A DNA stretch of 64,000 nucleotides from Botryllus schlosseri (lineage: Eukaryota). Position numbers and translations under genes: made by a program. The stretch is from the NCBI GenBank assembly GCA_051294905.1, contig CM119372.1, forward strand, positions 26,476,001 through 26,540,000. The letters run 5' to 3'. Under the pieces are notes generated by a model that worked only from the letters and a program-made list of their open reading frames with translations, made no database searches and was not told where the DNA came from. This document shows positions 25,601-38,300 of this stretch, in pieces (the stretch's first letter is position 1; every line of letters starts with the position of its first letter).

Positions 25601-27138
25601 GCTCCGGTAACTTCGGAGCGTTCGACCGCTGGTCCAGCCGTCACAGCACATGTCTCGTCCGCAAGTGGGCGCGAGGGAGACATGCCCTGACCGACGGGAG
25701 GCGAGTCTACGATGTTCGGACTCGATCCCGCCGACGATATCTGTTTCAGATCATCGCGTGTGGTGGGGAAGGGACTTCCCCGGTCCAACCTGGCAAGGAG
25801 CTCTTGAGTAGAGCTCGGGCTGCCAGGCAAAGGTGCTTTAAACAATTCCGAAAGCGATGGAATGGGGCTTGGTGAAGAGACAGGGGTCAAACGTCTCTTC
25901 ACTAACGTTTGGGGTGGGGAGGGAGTAAACTCCCTTGGGGGGGAAACCACAATTTTCGGGGGTGTGGTACGTCGGCTTAGGGACTGTCTGCTATCCCCGG
26001 CAGTCCGAAGCCAGGCACGGGCGGCAGGTAAGGCCCCAGCGACTGGCCTACGGACCGGGAATCGGCTGATAAGGATAGGGGAAGGGGTTCGGGGCGCAGA
26101 GGAATTTGGTGACGTCACGACTGTTGGCGAGTCGCGCGGCCCAGAGGATGTAGCAGAAGACACGGAGCTGTTACTACTAGAAGAGGGATAGAATCTCATG
26201 GACTTTATTTTATTTTTTGACTTTTTACAAGAATTGACAGAGCGTCGAGATTTATTCGAAATCCGTGACCAAGGCCTAGATGACACGGTTACCAAGGAGG
26301 TGGTATCCGACGAGAGTGAGAGATTGGCCACGGATAAGGCAGGGTCCGGTATAGTACCGGGAAAAGAAGTAGGAGAGTTTTCCGCTGCGTCAACGGCAAA
26401 GGGGACTACAGAACGCGAAGAAATAGGGGAGATCGAGTCGACTCGCGAAACAGTCGTGGACGTGGTTGGGGATAAGTTACCGGGTGCAGGCACAGCTTCC
26501 CGTAGGCGGCAGGCGGACCAATGGTTCTTGGCAGCGATCATGTCTGGCTGCGCAAGAATTGTCCATTGGTCACACCTGCCGCACACGACATCAAAATTTA
26601 TAAGATTTTTTGTGATGTCGTGCTTGCTACAAATGTGCTTCTGAAGAGAAACCAACAATTTGTACGGGAAGCCCTGCTTATTGCACCCGGTAACTGGGCA
26701 AGGATACCTAGTTGCATCCTTGCCGTTATATTTAATGGGGACCGTCAATAAAATTTCAGAGGGGATTCCAGATTGCTTAAAAGCCGAGTCCAAGGGGAGA
26801 GCAGACTCGGGGTGACTGGATTTAAAATGGTCCTTCGCTTTCGGAATCGCGTTAAAACACTTTCCACAAGTGGGACAGGCAAACCAACTATGATGTCGCG
26901 TGCCCTTGCACCGCCTATAGTGACAGCTTATTTTATGATCAGAATCAGAAAAGAAATTACCGCATTTCATACACTTGTATATAAGACTGTCACAGCGGTG
27001 CAAAAAAGCCAAGTGTTCCGCTAAGCTTATGGCTGCAGAAAAGGACGCACCGCAATTTAGTTTCGGACACGCGACATCAACGCTCGTTCCTGGACCGTGG
27101 TACGGAACAACGAGAGGGCTTGAGTTTCCACTAGCCAT
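22636..27138 (-). CDS. Zinc fingers + reverse transcriptase + CCHC + restriction-like endonuclease (R2-group non-LTR ORF)
   Basis: N-terminal C2H2/C2HC fingers; SSPGSDG, NWRPIAL, QKGF, WLDIRNAFGTV, GVRQGCPLS, GYADD, YLG; CCKCGQHTETLPHVLNHC; RHNSV; RPDLIL...IDVVCPFE...KHSKY. Confidence 0.95.
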   Translation of the reverse strand: MASGNSSPLVVPYHGPGTSVDVACPKLNCGASFSAAISLAEHLAFLHRCDSLIYKCMKCGNFFSDSDHKISCHYRRCKGTRHHSWFACPTCGKCFNAIPKAKDHFKSSHPESALPLDSAFKQSGIPSEILLTVPIKYNGKDATRYPCPVTGCNKQGFPYKLLVSLQKHICSKHDITKNLINFDVVCGRCDQWTILAQPDMIAAKNHWSACRLREAVPAPGNLSPTTSTTVSRVDSISPISSRSVVPFAVDAAENSPTSFPGTIPDPALSVANLSLSSDTTSLVTVSSRPWSRISNKSRRSVNSCKKSKNKIKSMRFYPSSSSNSSVSSATSSGPRDSPTVVTSPNSSAPRTPSPILISRFPVRRPVAGALPAARAWLRTAGDSRQSLSRRTTPPKIVVSPPREFTPSPPQTLVKRRLTPVSSPSPIPSLSELFKAPLPGSPSSTQELLARLDRGSPFPTTRDDLKQISSAGSSPNIVDSPPVGQGMSPSRPLADETCAVTAGPAVERSEVTGAVGGCESPTRLSPSVNARDQIDVDVPSPEPGAPRAQVDLRELRSELADLVSECPHTIEAFGHLERELELWTDRASDCSRPPGRKRPRNRYSREAQRRAKVNQLNGQRECRPGAAQHLRSAFWRNQKETVRQIIEDDSGGKRCEIPADIIERKFRADAAADVTDNIAAFPRWMSQHSYQGNLASAVDDESITSSEVAGVLATLNTSSSPGSDGLTYGFWKRLDPKGEILSELFEVCRRCRRIPLVWRSSRVILIPKDRDGDMQDVGNWRPIALSRTLYKIYASVIARRLQSWASDGDVISMEQKGFVPREGVFEHVFMLESLLADAKSSRQDIYLAWLDIRNAFGTVRHGSVIEVLKHFNAPEYLVEVMTDIYASNVFAVATSSGPTDPIPAGKGVRQGCPLSAITFNLVMEVLLRGVAGLQSSGYRFSAADGVTVRVQGYADDTCLCASSRDQLQAQLDLCDEFSRWSGMKFKPAKCRVLALGFKGSRSIVDSAPFCLDGGEVRVLDRDSFWRYLGKNMGYQATEKGGKALKTFEAYCDRLFLSHLTSFQKLLALKRFVIPRILFQLRIRKFFRGDLRRLDARVRTLVKAEFRLPNRACQPFFHAGLTTGGLGIPNLCCEADVLRLSQAVKMVNSTDPSVRAVARGRLALVVRRTCRVPEASETLTVEFLNCVSLTGHDSRAYGDAYGLWTEVRPVARRLGARWFVTEDGLYQLALGADCCQDLGRLTKFLHLKVNQRWKTRWMELPDQGKTVECHSRYGSSNRFLRSSNVLTAVERSWMLKARLNLLPLRSIRGRFRKRVEPSVVCCKCGQHTETLPHVLNHCLPVMDSITNRHNSVLGVLLDCIPSSSSFSRFDVDRVCEEHATLANRRLRPDLILADRRRVLVIDVVCPFENGVASMDAAVALKHSKYKDLCESLRVATAKVVEMHTFAVGSLGSYHPGNLTTLRAMGVSVFESRLVSERAVVASQRGSHRVWKAWCSVRDHERT

Positions 27139-28176
27139 CGAAGAAAATTGCGGAATCTAGGCCTAAAGGTGACCGAGTCGCGACCTATTACAAATAATAA
27201 TATGAATATAGCCAAAATCAACCCACGAATACAATTAAACGAAATGAAATTAGAAGTGGTACAATAACAAGAAGCAAAGACTAAGGGGCCTGCACCGGCG
27301 TTCGCTATTAGAGTGGATAGGAAAGAGCACAATACAAACGAATACAATACAAACGAATACAAACGGACAATTACACTTAAAAGGTTAACTAAGGGTTCAC
27401 AAAGGAATAGCGAACGCGTTAGGATGCAGGCCAGACGTAATTGTATACCCACGCCGGACTTGATTGCCCCCGCGTCAGCAGCGCTACTGCTACGCCCTAC
27501 ACGTATGTTAACGCGAACGGTAAAAACGAAATTTACCTTACGAATGCGCGTTAACACCCGGGTTTTCCTCGCCTTTGCAGATCGACGGCTCTTTCTTGAT
27601 ATAGATGTTAATTCCCAACGATTCGCCGTCGATCTTACGCCGTCCTTACGAAGCGGTCTTGGTGTTCTCGATATTCCGCTTCTTATGATGTTGTTTTGGA
27701 CGGCGTAGCAGTTCGTCTCGCTGCTTTGAAGATGCTTTGCAGCGAGGTGGCGAGGAATCCCGACGTGTAGGGCCTCGACCAGAGTTACACACGGCAGCCT
27801 TTCTGCTATAAACGAACAGTTAAGGCAAGCGATCCAAGATCACTCCGGTGGTTGAACGACGTGTTCAAATCACACCGTACCGTGGCAAAAGCAACGGAAT
27901 TGATGGACTTCTTCGTTGCTTATCCCTTGTTGCAGCGTAGACGGCTACGCCTTAGTTGAGCAACAAGGAATCTCTGGCCGGCGTTGGAATTGTAGCTCCG
28001 GAATAACTAACCTTTCCGGAGATTCCAACGTTGTAGCAGGAGATGGTGTTCAGATGACCCACGGCAGAGGCGCGGCAAGCGGCTGCTGAGACGGAGGCGG
28101 TCGAAGAATCTTCCTGTCGAGTTGAGTAGTCCGGCGTGGGCGGCGTCTTCGGTTGAACGAACGTAGAGCTTTCGTG

Positions 28177-28204
28177 ACTTGATCTTAGCCATAAAGGCCG
28201 AGAA
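28177..28204 (-). ncRNA. U2 snRNA 5' fragment (not a full gene) at the 5' end of the retrotransposon
   Basis: The minus strand reads TTCTCGGCCTTTATGGCTAAGATCAAGT, matching conserved U2 (..UUCUCGGCCUUUUGGCUAAGAUCAAGU..). The rest of U2 is absent. Confidence 0.85.
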
Positions 28205-31200
28205 CCATTGCTATGCATTAAGTAGTACATTTGCAGTACTAAGGGTATATGCATTATAACTCTCAATTAATAATATACAAGTAGTTATTTTTAGGGTTAG
28301 CTAGCTTCAGGTTTGCACTCAAAACTAGCATCATTTTTTTCAATTACAATACATGATACAAAAAATTTTTTTATTCATTTTTTTTATATCATTTTCATTC
28401 TCTGACGGATACCACAAAATATGTACAACGAAGTTACCCCTCCCCTTCTTTTAATTAGCGGAGGATGCCATGAAGCCATGCTATTCCCTAGTGTCGTGGC
28501 AGTAGAGAATATGAGCATGGTATTTCCTCAAACAAAATAATTTATTCTTCAAATGGCGACGAGGCACAGCGTCTGTTAATCAAAGTGCGCTGCCTCACTT
28601 TGGGAGTGGGGGTAATAAAGGGCATTATGATTACACTCAATCCAGTATAAAAATAGCATTTCTACAAACAAATTGGTTAGTGCGCAGTCGGACTAAACAT
28701 AGGCTGATAACTACAAGTACCATGATGACAAAATGCTCGATACCAACTGTAAACAATTAGAATAGTACATAACTCATTATTAGCCAATCAATAATATCAT
28801 ATGTACGCCATAAATCACATCTATAGATATGAAAGGTTAATTCATACGGGTGTTGACACAGAAAATATTTCGTCTCAAATAGGGGAAGTGTCACATAAAT
28901 TCAAACTTTTACGCAGGGTAGTTCGGCGTTGTTTCTGGTAACTAACGCCATATCGCTTTGCTACAAATAGGGATCATTAACAGAATTTAAACACGAGAAG
29001 TAAGGCATATACCAACATATAGGTTTATTGTCCACCCTGTCTACGGGGTGTATTTAGTATTATGGGGTGTTTTTGTATGATCTCCAATTTGCTAGTTCAA
29101 TCAAGAATAAATAGTATTAGCACTTTTACTGACCAATTATTTTCTTCTAACCTGCGCTAATACAGCAGCGCTTACGCAAAGTGAGGGAACACCATAATAG
29201 TGTTACAAGCTGGCGAGTATTTCTAATAATAGGGAATCACATTGGTTTCAAAAATATGTCACCATCTTTGTGCGACAATAGATCTTGAGTCATGACATCT
29301 CTTGTGCTAGCCAAATTAGTAGGTGGTTCTGAGCATGCCGAGTCGGGTCTACAAAAGAGTTATCAACCACAATGATTCGTGCACTATATTAGCTGATCAG
29401 TATACAGACCGGGTACCTATGGTTATTCTCAACAGCGAACGAGCACAGATTTAAATGTTAGAAAATCGGTAATGTCAATAATCACACAAGCGCAAAGCTG
29501 CTAAATTGAGTTAAGCCCTAGCATATATAGAGTAGAGTCTGAAGCATTAGAAATTGTAAAGATAAGTAGATATGACGCAGGACCAAAATCACATGCACAA
29601 TTGTACTTTCATGAGATACCGTTCTGCAAACACACGCTACGTTTATGAGGGCGCAAACGCATAAGCATTATCGATTCGATTATAGCCATGCACGGAACTT
29701 GCTACAAGCGAGAGCCAAACACTGTGGAGTGTGGATAATAGACATTTCATGAAAAAGAGTTACGCACCGCAAGCCAGATTACTCAAACATCATTGTAGCC
29801 TGAGCAGAATTTAGCAATACTGAATAACGAGTTGATTTTGAACCGCGTATTTCAACCAATTTCAAATCACTTATCACTGTTTTAAACGCCTTACCCATAT
29901 GTCGCGTACTATAGCTCTTTTCATACGTATCGTATCCGCACACTTTTTTAGGCAATACATTGATCGGAACAGAGGTTATTAGCTCGTGGGCAATGAAGGC
30001 GTATGTTTTGGCTTGATCATAGGTTAAAAGTGCGCCAGCAATACTTAGCTTTTACGGAAGGTTTACATCTATTTGGTAGCGAACTTATTGAAATTGTGCT
30101 GCAAAGGCCTGATAATCGCCACTAGCTGACGCCGTAAATCTAGTGGAGAGTTTGTTGTTCAGAAAAGTTTATGCAGCGGATACAGACTCAGCTTTGGCGA
30201 GATTTAGAACTATTCCCATCGTGTTACGCACGATTTGATGCGAATTGATTTTACGATTCCAACTCCGCAGTGTCGTGTAATCTGATCCCCACACGCCAAA
30301 CGCGAGCCGCAGAAGAAAATCAGGTGATCCATAAAAAAAAAATACCAACTTGGGTACGTAGTGTCGTTTACGGCACACCTAGGCGAGTCCAACATTTTTC
30401 CCAATCCCGATAGGAGGCCAAGAAATCAAAGCATGCAACGAAATGACCAATATTAGGGCGACCATTCTTTGATATACATGAGAAATTCAAAAATTATATC
30501 GTTGGTTAAAAAAATTGTCAAAATTCTGTACGTAATTCAAATTTGCTTTGCAAACAACATTTCGTTTCTTACGTAGAGATTGCAGCGGCTGTGACCCTAT
30601 CCTATCGCTTTTTTAGACCACACCCTGTAGTCTATTTTAGGGTCTTATGTTTTCCCAAACTTACGCACATAACGTAATTCTGAATCTGATATTTGACGGC
30701 TTGGGGACATAGTTTCTCTTAGTACAGTGATTCTCAACGGATGTGTGATTCTCGAGATCACCATAAAATTTGTGTTAGGTAGCGGTCAAAAAATTACGAT
30801 GTAGCCAATATTGTGGTGTGAAACAGCGTGTGTGTTATTACCAAACTATGCGCAGCAATGCCTAATTTAAATACTTGAATGCAGAATTTTGTCAGAATTA
30901 GGCTTTTGTTATACGTCCACTAAATACCAAAATGTTCACTTTTAGTGTAAAATCTCCCATTTTTTCTTTAATAATCGTCACACCAATAACAATCGGTCCA
31001 CGCGAAGATACATCATCCTTAATATCCGCCACTAATTTTCGAAGGCATACGCTCATTAATTACATTGATAAATCTCACCATATGTGCTAGGAAAGGACAA
31101 CTATTCGATAGCACCATCTGCAATCCCAAATATCAATGACGAATTTTATGCATGAAGTCGATAAAACCTTGTGCCTCGCGCAACTAGATAACGAAACGCA

Positions 31201-34200
31201 GTATTTATTCAAAACATGACCTTTTGTGATTACGGCGCGCATTAGCCGATACGAAACAATGTATTAGTCCAGAGTCCGCCGGCCACCGACCGCTTAACAT
31301 TGGATATTATAACATAAAGGCTTGTTGGACCGATTTGCTTACTTTTACAAGGTTTCTCACGTGTTCCAGTTTAAAGGACCGCTGTACTAGCGACGGGGCA
31401 CCTTAGTTTTGCCAAGATATCCAAAAAATTTTTTAGGAGGTGACATAAGTCAAATCCAAATGAATTTCCAAACCAGAAACCATGGCCAAGATGAATACAT
31501 TCAGCAGATTGTCTGAACTATCAATTATGTAGTTATTTAATATAAATTGCGGATCATTATAAAAGTAATTGTACCAGCCAGAAATCAAAGTATAACTTTG
31601 CCACATGTTCAGCACTGCAAAGCTCCCAGAGCAGACCACCTACATTTGCCTAGTCTATATCAGCACATCTATTCTAACTGACTGAAACATAGAACATACA
31701 ACTCAAAAAACGGAAATAACTTAACCCAATACGATGCGTGGCCGACTTATCTAGTCCTCAAAATTAAAAGTTTGTTGCAACTGAAATGCATGCTTAAACG
31801 TTCAAACTATATTAGTTCGATTTAAATACGAGAGTGACGGGTCCAAATTCTATATTGCGAAAGGTGTAAAAACAATCGAAATTTTCCTCGCCCAGGGCAT
31901 ACCCATATTATATTGTTTTTTAGTCAAAAATGAATGCGGCTCAGGACGGCAGTGTGCGGGTATGTTGACCCGCAATGCCGCCTTTTCATATCTGTATGTG
32001 CTCGGAGGCGGTCGAAGTAGTCAACAAGGTTACTCAAGTGGAGGTAACTGCAGTGACACAATTATTATTTAAACATGAGTAGAAGTGATAATTTAAAAGG
32101 TCATACAAAATTTATTCAAGCAGAATAGCCACCAGCTGATCAATTTAAGATTGTAGTAAGGTTGTAACCAATTTATAAGGCGTCGCGTCATAAGTCAATC
32201 TTCGCTTTATCGGTTTAGGCCGTCTGAGTCTCGAGTTATACTTCTTGACTCGAGCCATCACAACTCTGAGTGTTAGTGAGCTCGAACGAATCCTCAATGG
32301 GGAATTGAGTTGCGCCAACGGGGTGGGATAATTTACTTATTAGTGCGTCTTATAAGGTGTGTGCCAGCTACGGGCTAGATTGCGAAACAGTATTTCACAA
32401 TTTCCTGATAAATCATATTCACTTAGACAGCACAGAACATATAGGCAACAATGCAAAAACAAGCAGCTCGTATCCTAACTTATCTTCACTGATACTTAAT
32501 TATAATGTACGTTTTTGGCTGTTGCCTAGTTTTAAAACAATAGTGCGTTATATTGGCCATAGCATACTGGCTGTAACGAATTTTGTAAAATGGGATTGTA
32601 ATTCCTCTTATTTGAGTCTGACGCCGGGGTGCAGTCAAGAAATTTAAACAATTTCGGTATAGGATCAATATTTACCCCTTTAAAGGTTTACAGCAAATGT
32701 AAGATTAATTAATCGTAATTGTGTAGCAACAGTTAACAATCCAGGCACTCAACGTTAAACTCTGAATACATGAAGTAAACTCACCCAGATGATGTCTCGT
32801 ATTTATAATCCATTTTGATATCTTGTATTCTTAAATCTAGCCTAACTCAGACCGCTGATCAAGTCATAGTACACCGAGACTATAAAATTGAATAATGACT
32901 ACCAAAATCAGAAGGAGGAATGACGATAGCTAGATCATTTCGTGTGTTACTGCTTTTACATATTTACTTTGCTCTAGGCGCGCCGAAACCCTGCGATCTT
33001 ACTCAATGCCGGAGGAAGTAGTGGGCTATTAACGCGAATTTGTCCAGGGCAGCGGTTTATTACACCAACCAAACCTCTATTCTACGAACGAACCGATTGC
33101 TCAGCAGATGCAGCGTGATTCAAACGAAATCGACCTATACAATCTACCTTGAAACCGTACCCCCCGACCAAGAGACCTATGACCTAGATTGTAGGCCAGT
33201 ATACCGCCTTTTATCAGGACGCTTGCTTCAGGCCAATAGGCCTTAAAGGACTAGTCTTTAGTATAGAACGGAAGGTTTAAGGCCTAAGAGGCCGCATTTT
33301 AGCATAATACGAATTACAACCCAAGACGCAAGTTTTGAATCAATATGATATCAACCCAAGACACGGAAACAATGGACACATATTTATAGAAAAAGCCATA
33401 TTAATTTGATATACCCGTGCATCAAAAAACATTATTGAAACTTATCTGTTAGCCTAGTTGTCTATTTTTGGAATGAGGCATCAATTCTAAAGCAGCACAA
33501 TTTATTCCTAACAGTACATAAGATGAATCCGCCCAACACTCGCACGCACCGGTTTTACTGAAAACTCGATTGGGCACACATGTCGGTCATTCGCTATCGG
33601 CAACGCTTAACCTCTGGTTATTTTGTGACAATCACCTGAGGAAAAGCATAATGTCAAAAGAGTCGAGATCACTGTAATTATAATTAATTTAGCAACTGGC
33701 ATTCTATTTCAAAGCTTTTATTTTATATTATCGACCATCGCCGCAGCAGGCATTTACGCCATGAAACTACACGTTACACTTCAATTCTTGTATTATCAGA
33801 AAGTAATTGAAATTCATTTCAGGCAATTGCAACATACTTATTTCTTTTGCCGTAAGCCCTTCAAACCCTGACTAGGGTTGGGGTTCTAAACTGTCCGCCT
33901 GATATGATTTCGGACTTACGCAATACTGTCAGCAATTGTTCACTTATGGTCTATTAACGCGGTAAAACTAGCGTTGGCACAGAGACTCTCTGTTTCAAAT
34001 CCAGAAACTTTCTCAATAGATGCCCCCTTATTTGCTTCTACTAAAAATCATATGTTACGTTTTAATCCCACAATTTGACCGAATACTTCGCAACTCCAAA
34101 CCTATTTTCAAAATAAGTCAAGATATTTTGGTCTTAATCGAACATCACGCACTCCCAACAATCTAGTAATATCCTCAAGCAAGGTTAAGTTCAATAATCA

Positions 34201-35377
34201 TGAGACCTGTATTCTGCTCCGCAATTACTGGTAACTTATTGATTATAACTTGAACGATAGATCAACCATTGCAACTCGCGTTGAATATTGAATAACTCAT
34301 TGAAGTCTCAGCACTGTGCACCGCCTTAACCATTACTTTCAGAATGACAAGAGGGTAGATTGCTCGATCATTATATTGACTAACTGGTTGCCACGTCTTT
34401 TGCCGAAGAGAAAAAAAAAGCCTTCGGTAAGGTGACACTCTGTGATGTCAAAACGCCGTGTCCCCAATTTTAGCAACACCAGAACAATTCTGAAAATTCA
34501 ATTGACCGCGACAACTGGGTGTTTATAGGAACGCCTCAAAATTCGGGTTTATCAAAAATAGATCTTTCGTAACGCCTATGTGTCCATAATTGGTCAGGTA
34601 AACCCCAATCGTTGCCAGTTCCCATGCAAAATTGCACCGGAAGTCAGGTTCCTCCAATTGCAGCTTCCAAATAAGGCTTCGGGGCCGCTTTTTCTAACAC
34701 GCGATAAAATTTCTGACAGTACTTCATTTATGGAATTTCGCCCAACAACATTTAGATTATATCACCACTTTATCTCTAGCAAAATTTAGATACCAACAAA
34801 GTTGACAGGCGTAAAAGTTGTCGTTGATCATCGGCTATTTTTGTAGGTTAAGGTTTCCGAGTCGCTCATTAAGAATACGAGGGCCGTTCACGTGTAATTC
34901 TTTCTATGGCCCATTGACTGCACCGTAACATACGTGTTCTAGCACTTAAAAGGTGGCACGACGCTATACTTACAGTAGGGTCAGTAATTATGTGCAAAAG
35001 ATCCCGTTATTTAATTCAAATCGTGCGAACATTTGCGCCCATGGCCATGCAAAACAGCATGTCAACCCTATGTATAGTATAATTTCGCTAACCTTTTTTA
35101 GAACTTGTTTCCTCGCGTCGCAACGCACAATTTATTAAAAAAGATTTCAACCCAATTTTAATTAATCTGGTAGATGTGATAGATTATAGCCGATTATGTG
35201 CCAGCCACTCTATATTTCATTTTTTAAACAAGCTGTTCGCGAGGGTTCCTAAAGGTTGCTATCCTAAATCACTTATTTGAATTAATTGAACAATTTTACG
35301 TCATCCCGTAAGTGTAAGTTTTGTCTTCAAATTATATACCATTAAATCTTGCGGCAATGAATTGGAACCATTCCACT

Positions 35378-38300
35378 TCAAGAGTCATTTTCGTGGTTTT
35401 CTATCGCCTCCAACCAATTTCCCGTGTTGTTACGCTTAATCACCCCTTTCAGATAGTTGGCAGAGTCCCGATATTTACATAGTCGATAGGTTAACAATGC
35501 CATAGTTACGGCGAAAATTAAGGTTATGGACACAATAATCTTATTGAAATGTCGATCAAAGTTTAAATTTTTAAAATTTTCCGCACGAAATTCCGTCCCT
35601 AATGCATATCCACTTTCGATTCGATATAGTTCACGTAGCCTGATCAAATATAATGTACTGGTGTTTGCAGGATTATCCATTTTAATCTCGCCCGGTAACG
35701 TTTCATTTGAATCTATAACTTCGTCAGATGTGATTTCCAAAGGTATTATTGTGGGTCCGGACGCGATAGCGATGTTGTTAAGGGCGACAGGAATTGTTGT
35801 TTTTTCTGAATTAGTTTGACGGACAAGGTTTGTGCTCGGGTCCAGATTCGAGGCATTATCACGCAATGTCGTATGGACGGCAGGTGAACTACTCAATATG
35901 GGGGATTTATCGTGGGAACTAACTACCAAACGCGAAACCTTCGGAATCTCAATTTTATGTAGCCTCGAATAACCTGACAAATTTACTTCAGAGGTGATTC
36001 CAACCTGCGTATGAGTCACCTCGTTCCACTAGGTGCTTGCGCCGATAGGTAAATATTTTGGAACCGTTGTAGTATTTTGGTCACGGCTGAAATAAGCTAA
36101 AGACTCTATTAGAGGCGACCGTGGGTTTAGAATTGTTGAGGTATCTCTGTTATCAGGTGTAGCTACCGAATCGGGAGTAGTTGTTTGCTCAGCGAGGGTC
36201 GTACCATAATCGTTAGTCTTTATATCCGACACTGACATTGTAGTTGACGTGGGCATAATAATTTCATCATCTTTCGTTTGTTTCCTATTTAACAGACCGG
36301 AAGGCACTTTGTTAACCCATGCTGGTGGGGTATTGTTGCGTATTTTGTAAATATTCAAAGTCTTACCTGCGGCCTTCGTTCGTAAATTTCGGCTATTCAG
36401 CTTTTCCAAAGGGTCGGTTGTCTCATACCCAAATGATTCGCTGGTGATGTTATTTGCCGATTTAGGCTGGGTACTAGTAGCTGATTCTCGCGGGGACGCG
36501 TTCGAGTGTAATTTGCTTGATAATAACATCGCCGCTGTAGTTGTTCGGTAGAGTTTCTGCATCAAGTTCTGTACCTGCTCAAACGTGTTGTTACTTAAGG
36601 TTCTTGCGGATATATTTACTTGCACTATATGTCCACTGTCACCATTTTCATTTGGAAAGTACGATGTAGTGTCTTCCACACTTGTGCTTATTGAGGTGGC
36701 CAGCGTAGTATCATTTGAATTAGTAACAGTGGCCCGTCCAGGGGGTGTTAACATTGATTGGATTTCCCCTGCGGAGATTTCAGATCTTATGGTTGAGACT
36801 GTAGAGTCTACTTTAGAAGTCCGAATGCTAGGTGTGGTTTTTGGATTAAGCATATTCCTAATATTGGTCAGGGGTTTTGTTCCGGACTGCCGAGTTGACA
36901 GACTAGCCAGTTTCACCATTTCCGTGGGTGAAAAGGTATTCGTGGGCCAAGTCAAAGGGTCAGCTGTCGTCTTGTCCATAACAGTTTTTGATAATGACGG
37001 GAATCCAGAAGTAGGGTTGGTCACAACCGACGATACTGTTGCACTTGTATTTGAAGTCAAGCCGATATCAATACCAGACGCATTTTCTGTGTGAGTATAC
37101 GCTATGCTACTTCTACCAACGTTTCTGCGCGTAACGGAACCAGATTTAGACATGCTCGCATTAATAGTTGTGGGTTTTTCAGACGTAACTATAGCACGGG
37201 CGGTGTCATTTCTTACATAGTCGAGCCACTGAATATTATCGGGTGTTTCGCTAGCATTATTAGTAATATATTTCGCGGCTCTTGAGTCAGAGGTGATCAG
37301 TTCATGCTGGATAGCAGGAGAGTAGGGCTTATATCCACTAGTAATTGTGGACATCTCGGATGTACGGGTGGTACTTTTCTGAATTTGGCCCCCATCCGGA
37401 GTCACCTTTGTCGTTGCGATATTACCATTACTGTGAGACTGAGAGATTTTAGAGGCAATGAGGGTAGGTTCGTAGGTAGACTGGGCTTCATCGTAAGTCT
37501 CTACATGCATTTTTGTAGATCTGGTAGCGATTATAGGGGTATTTGCTGGGCTGTGAGTGACAATTTCGGTCACCAGATCTGTTGTCTGTGGACTAGAGGT
37601 ATGGGGAATGCTCTCATTTTTACGATACCCGTAAACTGAATAAATTAGGGCCCCTCGACAAATTACTGCTTTGTAAACTGTATTGGGGTCAAAAAGCGTA
37701 AGGTTTGCCATTTTGGCATTCAATAATAGATTTGCGGCTGTCGCACTCATCAGTAAATCCAACACTTGTCGGTTAAGATTTCGTCCTATCCTATGTCGAG
37801 TTTGATTGACACTGTTCTGAAACCTATTTACTTCATTGGTAATTGCATATTTGTCCTGTAATTGTAATAGCTCATTTCTTAAAATTTTCATGGGAGCTGC
37901 CATCTGTCTGAGTAGCAGTTTGGCCTCAGCAAGATACCTTGAGGCAGTTACTTGCAAAAAATGGCTTAGTCCACGTAGTGATTTGCTTATTTGATCCTTG
38001 AACGGTGACCATATCATAAAATATCTGTCTGGCCGAGGTCGTGAGCATGAAACTCGGATATCAGCTCTTAGCGGATGGATTATGGCTTCATTAAAATTTG
38101 GGTATATGGGCTGATTTCCCGCCACATCGTAATAGACCGAGTCAAACACAAGCGCGGTATCAAAACTGCCAACGGGAGATTCGCATTCCGGTTTCTGAAG
38201 TTTCCTCAGACAAAAGGGGCTATTTTTTCCCAACGCCGGAAATGATCTATAAACTCTCAAGTTCGGGTTTTCCAGTATCGGCGAGCCGACCCTGTAATTC

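Larger units (their letters stand above)
22010..28204 (-). mobile_element. Apparently full-length RLE non-LTR retrotransposon, Utopia/NeSL-like, nested in the giant element
   Basis: Single 1500-aa ORF. The 5' end carries a U2 snRNA fragment. AATAAA followed by an A-rich tract on the minus strand near 22010-22045 suggests the 3' end (boundary approximate; no clear TSD seen). Confidence 0.8.

Noticed and set aside
22832..27160. Plus-strand ORFs overlapping the RT ORFs and glycoproteins (also 13188-18784 and 35526-43469)
   Set aside because: Antisense shadows of the well-supported minus-strand genes, with no motifs of their own.
28177..28204. Functional U2 snRNA gene
   Set aside because: Only ~28 nt match; the branch-point pairing region, Sm site and 3' stems are absent.
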